Assembly: GCA_042217695.1 (NCBI GenBank)
Contig: JBDGSE010000031.1
Location: 1-57,219, forward strand
DNA: 57,219 nucleotides
DNA from: Candidatus Nanohaloarchaea archaeon
Lineage (GTDB): Archaea > Nanohalarchaeota > Nanosalinia > Nanosalinales > Nanosalinaceae
Reading direction: 5' to 3'
In this document: positions 52,708 through 57,219 of the stretch, piece by piece
Layout: the number at the start of each line of letters is the position of its first letter
Numbering within the stretch: the first letter of the stretch is position 1
Notes under the pieces: model-generated
The model's database searches: none
What the model saw: only the letters and a program-made list of their open reading frames with translations
What the model was told of the DNA's origin: nothing
Position numbers and translations under genes: made by a program

Positions 52708-52845
52708 ATGTCGCAACTATCTGAAAAGCTCGGTATCTGCGTTCTGTGTGGAGACAGAGTGTTCTCCGACGAACAGTTCCTGAAGTCGCAGGAAGGCTAC
52801 ATCCACTACGACTGCATAACGCAGACCGAGATCATGAAGGCCTGA
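52708..52845 (+). CDS. small zinc-finger-like protein (45 aa; CxxCG...HxxC)
   Basis: MSQLSEKLGICVLCGDRVFSDEQFLKSQEGYIHYDCITQTEIMKA. GGGGGAGGG (52694-52702) lies 5 nt upstream of the ATG. Paralogue of 13697-13819. The track ORF from 52564 is an over-extension. Confidence 0.6.
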   Translation: MSQLSEKLGICVLCGDRVFSDEQFLKSQEGYIHYDCITQTEIMKA

Positions 52846-52858
52846 GAAATCAGGCCTT
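52837..52858. terminator. hairpin between convergent small genes
   Basis: AAGGCCT-gagaaatc-AGGCCTT (7-bp stem) followed by TTT. Overlaps the stop of the 45-aa gene. Confidence 0.4.
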
Positions 52859-52891
52859 TTCCACTGTTCATCCTGTCCAGAACCCTCTATA

Positions 52892-53071
52892 TCAGTCAGA
52901 GGCATAGACCTGTTCCGGACCGTAGTCGGGGGTTTCCTGGAGGTACTCATCCTCAAGCAGCTCTTCCATCGTGGATTCGCCGTCGCCCTCCAGCACCCCG
53001 GGTCCGAAGACGTACACATTTCTCCCGTCCTCCAGGACCTCGTCGAGGTCCGGGGAAAACTCAAACGACAT
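52892..53071 (-). CDS. small acidic protein (59 aa), one residue below track cutoff
   Basis: Hand translation: MSFEFSPDLDEVLEDGRNVYVFGPGVLEGDGESTMEELLEDEYLQETPDYGPEQVYASD. AT-rich element (53087-53100) ~23 nt upstream. The listed 153-aa ORF on the same strand (52717-53178) is basic and Cys-rich and looks spurious. Confidence 0.45.
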   Translation of the reverse strand: MSFEFSPDLDEVLEDGRNVYVFGPGVLEGDGESTMEELLEDEYLQETPDYGPEQVYASD

Positions 53072-53158
53072 AATCGTAATACGATGTAATATAGCTTAAA
53101 GGTTTTTCGGTCGATCCTGCTCGAGCAGAATAAAAGTCTGGACACGAAACAGTCATAC

Positions 53159-53707
53159 ATGACCGACACACCGTTCATGGGCGATGACTACGGCCGGAAG
53201 GGCAGAGCCCCGAACCCCGCCGAACACGAGTTCGGGGAGACCTACTCCCTGGAAGAGGTACATGACGACAGGAACAGCCTGGAGAAGGGGCTGGAAGCCG
53301 CGCACGAATTCCTGACGGACGATATCGTGGCCGGCGGCTCCATAGCAGGAACAGGCTACGCCCTGCTCGACCTGATGTACAACCCCGCCACGTTCGAGAT
53401 CACCGCATCCAACCCGGAGGCGCTCCAGGCAGCCACCACCGCAGTCACCGCGGTCACGCTATACAACGCAGCCGACTGGCTCGGGGTGCAGAGCTCGGTC
53501 CGGGAAGCCTTCGAGTACGTAGAGGAACAGTTCCAGGAAGAGGGATACGTCGAAGCCGGGGACTTCGCCCAGCTGGACGAAGAGGAGGCAGAAGTTTCCG
53601 TACCTGAGATGGCAGAGGAGCTGGCCCCTGAGGAGGTCTCCGGGGAAGAGAACGAGGTACAGTTCTACGACTTTCTTGACGACATCGATGGCCTTGAAGA
53701 GGTCTGA
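53159..53707 (+). CDS. hypothetical acidic protein
   Basis: 182 aa. GAATAAAAG ~28 nt upstream of the ATG. Confidence 0.55.
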   Translation: MTDTPFMGDDYGRKGRAPNPAEHEFGETYSLEEVHDDRNSLEKGLEAAHEFLTDDIVAGGSIAGTGYALLDLMYNPATFEITASNPEALQAATTAVTAVTLYNAADWLGVQSSVREAFEYVEEQFQEEGYVEAGDFAQLDEEEAEVSVPEMAEELAPEEVSGEENEVQFYDFLDDIDGLEEV

Positions 53708-53767
53708 TACCCCCCCACCCTTTATAAATAAAACCGAAGGGTTTAAGCCCTTAAGGAGTCTATACTA

Positions 53768-54088
53768 ATGCGGGGATTACATATGACCTTCCTAGGACTC
53801 GAACTCAACGCGGGTCTGACCGCGGCAATGGCTCTATCCATCGTTGCCGTCTTCTGGAACTACAGCTCTCTGCCAGAGATCAACTGGAGCACAATCGCTG
53901 CAGGAGTTATGTCGATGCTGGCAGGAGCAGGCGTAAACGTGCTGAACGGCAGCACCGCACTGGGAGCCTTCGCGGCAGTCCCTTCGATCGCATATATAGC
54001 CGCCCTGCTCTACATCGCAGGAGGCCTACTCGTACTCATCGGAGCAGTTGTCCAGGGACTCCAGCTACTGAACGACAGATGGGCGTAA
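53768..54088 (+). CDS. small membrane protein, hypothetical
   Basis: 106 aa, about 3 TM segments. AAGGAG lies 10 nt upstream, with TTTATAAATAAAA further upstream and a poly-T tract downstream. Confidence 0.55.
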   Translation: MRGLHMTFLGLELNAGLTAAMALSIVAVFWNYSSLPEINWSTIAAGVMSMLAGAGVNVLNGSTALGAFAAVPSIAYIAALLYIAGGLLVLIGAVVQGLQLLNDRWA

Positions 54089-54097
54089 CTGTCTCCA

Positions 54098-54116
54098 CCT
54101 TTTTTCTTTCTTCTTC
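54098..54116 (+). terminator. poly-T tract
   Basis: CCTTTTTTCTTTCTTCTTC, 10 nt after stop 54088. Confidence 0.45.
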
Positions 54117-54160
54117 AGGGACTGAAGAGTTAAAGATTGTTGAAACAAATTACGAGTACG

Positions 54161-55306
54161 ATGAGCCTCAGTTTCGAGTTCGTCCTCGCGCTGTCCATAG
54201 TCTACGGCACCAGCTACCTGCTGAAGTTCCTTGAGAGGTACGAGATACCTGTCCTCGCGGTGGAGATACTTGCCGGCATAATATTCGGGTCGGTGCTGGG
54301 CCTTGTGACGCCGTCAACTCCCGGTTTCAACGTGATAGCCAGCATGGCTGCCTTTGGCCTCCTCCTCATAATGTTCGACGCAGGGCTTGAACTGGACCCC
54401 GGGCTGATAGGCGACAACCCGGTCCGGGTCGCAAAGCTCGGCGCCCTTACCTTTCTTCTCCCGTTCCTGTCAGGCGTGGGCCTCGGCATCTTCCTCGGGC
54501 TCGACACGTTCGCCTCGTTCCTGGTAGGAGTAACCGCCTCCACCACCTCTCTCGGGCTTGTGCATCCGCTCCTGGAGGATTTCGAGCTGCTGGCAGGAGA
54601 GGAGGGACAGCTGATACTCTCCGTAACCGTACTCAACGACATACTGTCCGTGGTGGTGCTTGCCTACGGACTGGCGCTGACCTACGGTGGCGGAATACTG
54701 CCGATAGTGGTGGTGACCGCCGCCCTGCTGTTCTTCCTGTACGTGGCACCCGTCCACCTGTCCAGCTACCTCTCCACCCTTCTGGAGGACAGGATATTCG
54801 ACAACACCGTGAAGTTCAGCATATTTTTCGCGGTGGCTTTCGCCTGGATAATGGACTACCTTGGCGTGCACGCCATCCTGGGCAGTTTCTTCGCAGGACT
54901 TCTGATAGCGGAGATAACCCATGAAGGCCACCGGATAGAACAGTCCGTGAAACCTGTGATAAACCTCGTGGCACCGGTGTTTTTCTTCTTCGTCGGCATG
55001 CAGTTCACCTACACAGGTTTCTCGCCGGGAGACCTCTGGCTGCTCGGGGCCGTCACCGCGATAGGGCTGGGATCGAAGATGCTGGGAGCCTACCTGGGAA
55101 GCCTCTGGACCCGGACTCCCGGACAGACCATGAAACTGCTGGTGGCCTCGATGCCGGGCAGACTGAGTATATCCGTCGCCGCGGCAGAGATCGGGCTGAA
55201 AAGAGGTCTGATAGGCCAGACCCTCTACGACTCCTTCATCCTGCTCTCCATAATCTCCGTTTTCCTGGCCAGCCTGATGTTCCGCCACTTCGCCCCGGAA
55301 AATTAA
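54161..55306 (+). CDS. cation:proton antiporter (CPA2/Kef/NapA-like Na+/H+ exchanger family)
   Basis: About 11-12 TM segments, with ILAGIIFGSVLG and FLLPFLSGVGLG blocks. ATG at 54161 with TTAAAG ~28 nt upstream. The track start at 54137 is TTG. Confidence 0.75.
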   Translation: MSLSFEFVLALSIVYGTSYLLKFLERYEIPVLAVEILAGIIFGSVLGLVTPSTPGFNVIASMAAFGLLLIMFDAGLELDPGLIGDNPVRVAKLGALTFLLPFLSGVGLGIFLGLDTFASFLVGVTASTTSLGLVHPLLEDFELLAGEEGQLILSVTVLNDILSVVVLAYGLALTYGGGILPIVVVTAALLFFLYVAPVHLSSYLSTLLEDRIFDNTVKFSIFFAVAFAWIMDYLGVHAILGSFFAGLLIAEITHEGHRIEQSVKPVINLVAPVFFFFVGMQFTYTGFSPGDLWLLGAVTAIGLGSKMLGAYLGSLWTRTPGQTMKLLVASMPGRLSISVAAAEIGLKRGLIGQTLYDSFILLSIISVFLASLMFRHFAPEN

Positions 55307-55359
55307 TTGTTATCGATAAGTAACAAAAAATATTAAAGCGTTGTAGAGGACTCTTTCAC

Positions 55360-56184
55360 ATGCGCCAGGTCAAGTCGGACAGATACGTCGACCAGCAGGT
55401 ACTGGACCGTTTGAACAGTGTCTCTGCACACCAGGTCGACCCCGGTTTCAAGAAAGGCGGACTGGACCCCGCCGAGATAGAGCCCTCCTACGATGTGAGG
55501 ATAGACGGAGATCTCTCCGACTACGAACCACGGGAAGGCGCAGACCCCTACCCAGCGGTCGACGTCCTCGCAGAGTCATACCTGGACGAGGTGAACCTCG
55601 ACACCGACAGAGGATACTTCCAGTTCGTCATGGAGTCCGGCGACACCTCCGAGGGATGGATGCCGTACCTGGACGAGGGTAAGGCAGAGGCGATATTTGC
55701 CATAGAACACCCCTGGACGGGCGAAGTGGAACTGGAGGCCTACGACGGGATGGAGAACCCGGGTTCATCGATAGAGCCGCTGCTGGAGGCTGCCTACAGG
55801 ACAGGTCGCGAACACATACCCGGAAAAGGCCAGAGAAACATGGACAATCCGATGACAGACCTCAAAAGCCAGCTCAAAGGCTTCTACGACACCATCGCGG
55901 AGCTGGAAGCCGAGAACGAGGTGGAGGTCGACGGGAAGCAGCACGCCGGACAGCTCCGGGGCAGGGACATAGTAAGCGCCTTCTCCGGGGCGATGAAACG
56001 CGCGCGACAGGCCAACCTCATCGACTACACCGTATCCAACGAGTTCGGCAACCACAGCTTCTCCCGGACAGGAGGAGGCTACAAAAACCTTACAGACCTC
56101 CCGGAGTCAGCCCCGTACGACACGGTAGACGAGGCGATAGCGTTCAGATACCCTGACAGCTGGCTCCAGGAAGAACAGGGTTAA
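55360..56184 (+). CDS. hypothetical acidic protein
   Basis: 274 aa. AT-rich element ~26 nt upstream. No motif recognised. Confidence 0.55.
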   Translation: MRQVKSDRYVDQQVLDRLNSVSAHQVDPGFKKGGLDPAEIEPSYDVRIDGDLSDYEPREGADPYPAVDVLAESYLDEVNLDTDRGYFQFVMESGDTSEGWMPYLDEGKAEAIFAIEHPWTGEVELEAYDGMENPGSSIEPLLEAAYRTGREHIPGKGQRNMDNPMTDLKSQLKGFYDTIAELEAENEVEVDGKQHAGQLRGRDIVSAFSGAMKRARQANLIDYTVSNEFGNHSFSRTGGGYKNLTDLPESAPYDTVDEAIAFRYPDSWLQEEQG

Positions 56185-56212
56185 AAATTTTCACTGACAG
56201 GTGTTAACAGAG

Positions 56213-56740
56213 ATGAAGCTTTCGGTGCTGAACCAGGCCGAAGCCGAGGATTACGCGGCGGAAACACTGGGCGGAGACACTGAAAACTACGGTTTCAGGG
56301 CGATCGTGTCCGCGGAGGCAGAAGACCCGGAAACCACCTACGAGGCCGTGAACCGCTCCACTTTCCTGAAGATAGATGGCATGGGCGAGATAGCCCGCGA
56401 CTTCGGGGAGGACACCTACCCCCTGGACGTTACGAAGACCGACTACGCCCAGGAACTGGAAGAGCTCGTGGACGCACAGGAGATCCTGGATGACAGCGGC
56501 CTGGACTACAACACCCGGATAAACGCGGAAAAAGAGGGCGACAGCCCGGCAGAAGCCATTTACTCCCTTGAATCATCCGAGATAAGCCCTCTGCTCGTGG
56601 GACAGGACAGCCGGTTCAACGCCGTGATACTCTACTCCGGCGGGTTCCAGCCCAGGGTACAGCCAACCTCCGCCACATCCCCCGAGGAGGCCATGGACCA
56701 CCAGGAGTTCCTGGAGGACATCCTCCACGACCTGCAGTAA
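56213..56740 (+). CDS. hypothetical acidic protein
   Basis: ATG at 56213, ~26 nt downstream of GGTTAAAAATTTTC. The track start at 56201 is GTG. Confidence 0.55.
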   Translation: MKLSVLNQAEAEDYAAETLGGDTENYGFRAIVSAEAEDPETTYEAVNRSTFLKIDGMGEIARDFGEDTYPLDVTKTDYAQELEELVDAQEILDDSGLDYNTRINAEKEGDSPAEAIYSLESSEISPLLVGQDSRFNAVILYSGGFQPRVQPTSATSPEEAMDHQEFLEDILHDLQ

Positions 56741-56775
56741 CCACGTTTTTAAGCTCTGCGACGGCATCCCTGACC

Positions 56776-57051
56776 ATGACAGTACCCATCCAGGAGGCAG
56801 AAGACGTTCTCGAAGAAGGCCAAAAACTTCTCTCCGATACAGGAGACGAGAAACTCGGCGAAAGACTCCGCGAACTCGAGACCGTCTTACAGGAGGAGGC
56901 CGACCTGGAGGAAGCAGTGAAGAAGGTCCGGGACGCCATGGAGCGGGTACGCGAATCCGAGCTACACGATGAGCCAGAGATGACACCGGAAGAGGAAAGA
57001 GAGGCCCGCGAAACAGGACCCAGGGACGAACACTACCGCGAACAGCAGTGA
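56776..57051 (+). CDS. hypothetical acidic coiled-coil protein
   Basis: 91 aa, E/L/R-rich, heptad-like. Confidence 0.5.
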   Translation: MTVPIQEAEDVLEEGQKLLSDTGDEKLGERLRELETVLQEEADLEEAVKKVRDAMERVRESELHDEPEMTPEEEREARETGPRDEHYREQQ

Positions 57052-57097
57052 TCCCCGGGTAACGAAATTATAAGACTTCTCGAGTAATTTTACCGGT

Positions 57098-57219
57098 GTG
57101 GCGGTCATAGGCATCTCGGAGTACGAGGGCAGAAGGCCCGAAACAGTGGCGATACTCGAGGAAGAGGCAGACGTAACGCTGCTCCACCCGGAGGAAACGC
57201 ATCCAGAACAGGTCCCGGG
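57098..57219 (+). CDS. partial ORF running off the window 3' edge
   Basis: GTG at 57098, ~30 nt downstream of AAATTATAAG. Open to the end of the window: (M)AVIGISEYEGRRPETVAILEEEADVTLLHPEE... Confidence 0.3.
   Translation, partial: MAVIGISEYEGRRPETVAILEEEADVTLLHPEETHPEQVP

Noticed and set aside
1-57219. Mobile elements, prophage, or defence islands (restriction-modification, toxin-antitoxin, CBASS-like)
   Set aside because: No integrase, transposase, terminal repeat pair, att-like tRNA flank or recognisable defence gene was found. The NYN, Lhr and ThiF-like genes look like ordinary stand-alone housekeeping versions.

Overview
Gene-dense segment (about nine-tenths coding by eye; many 4-14 nt gene overlaps) from a salt-adapted archaeon. 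Archaeal identity rests on aRF1, both RFC subunits, a thermosome, GatD/GatE with a eukaryote-type GluRS, archaeal-type SAM synthetase, aRNase J and an Fap7-like kinase. Nearly all proteins are strongly acidic. Together with mid-range GC (estimated by eye) and the compact layout, this fits a DPANN/Nanohaloarchaeota-like genome; that is an inference, not a demonstration. No rRNA, tRNA, CRISPR array, integrase or transposase was found. The housekeeping backbone is valS (5'-truncated), prf1, ogt, dcd-mat, tatD, lhr, a thiF-like E1, mscS, trx, rfcS/rfcL, ths, gatD...gatE, rnj and gltX. The accessory content is mostly cell-surface: (1) a 12-gene Epd/Tad-like type IV pilus locus (30832-40847) with seven class-III-signal proteins, a split platform protein and a signal-less ILEI/FAM3-like protein separated from a prepilin-like ORF only by an in-frame TAG plus one codon; (2) a 1766-aa membrane-anchored, sequon-rich subtilisin-like protease; (3) a secreted HEXXH-X18-E metallopeptidase-like protein; (4) tandem BatA/vWA membrane proteins next to tandem V4R proteins. 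Other points: the conserved RFC-large N-terminus (WTEKYRP) has no canonical start codon in frame. The rfcS leader is repeat- and palindrome-rich and contains a decoy copy of the rfcS start. Two paralogous CxxCG...HxxC micro-ORFs lie behind identical GGGGAGGG ribosome-binding sites, and two more acidic ORFs fall below the 60-aa track cutoff. Several ORF-track starts are alternative codons or antisense-extended, and I re-called them.
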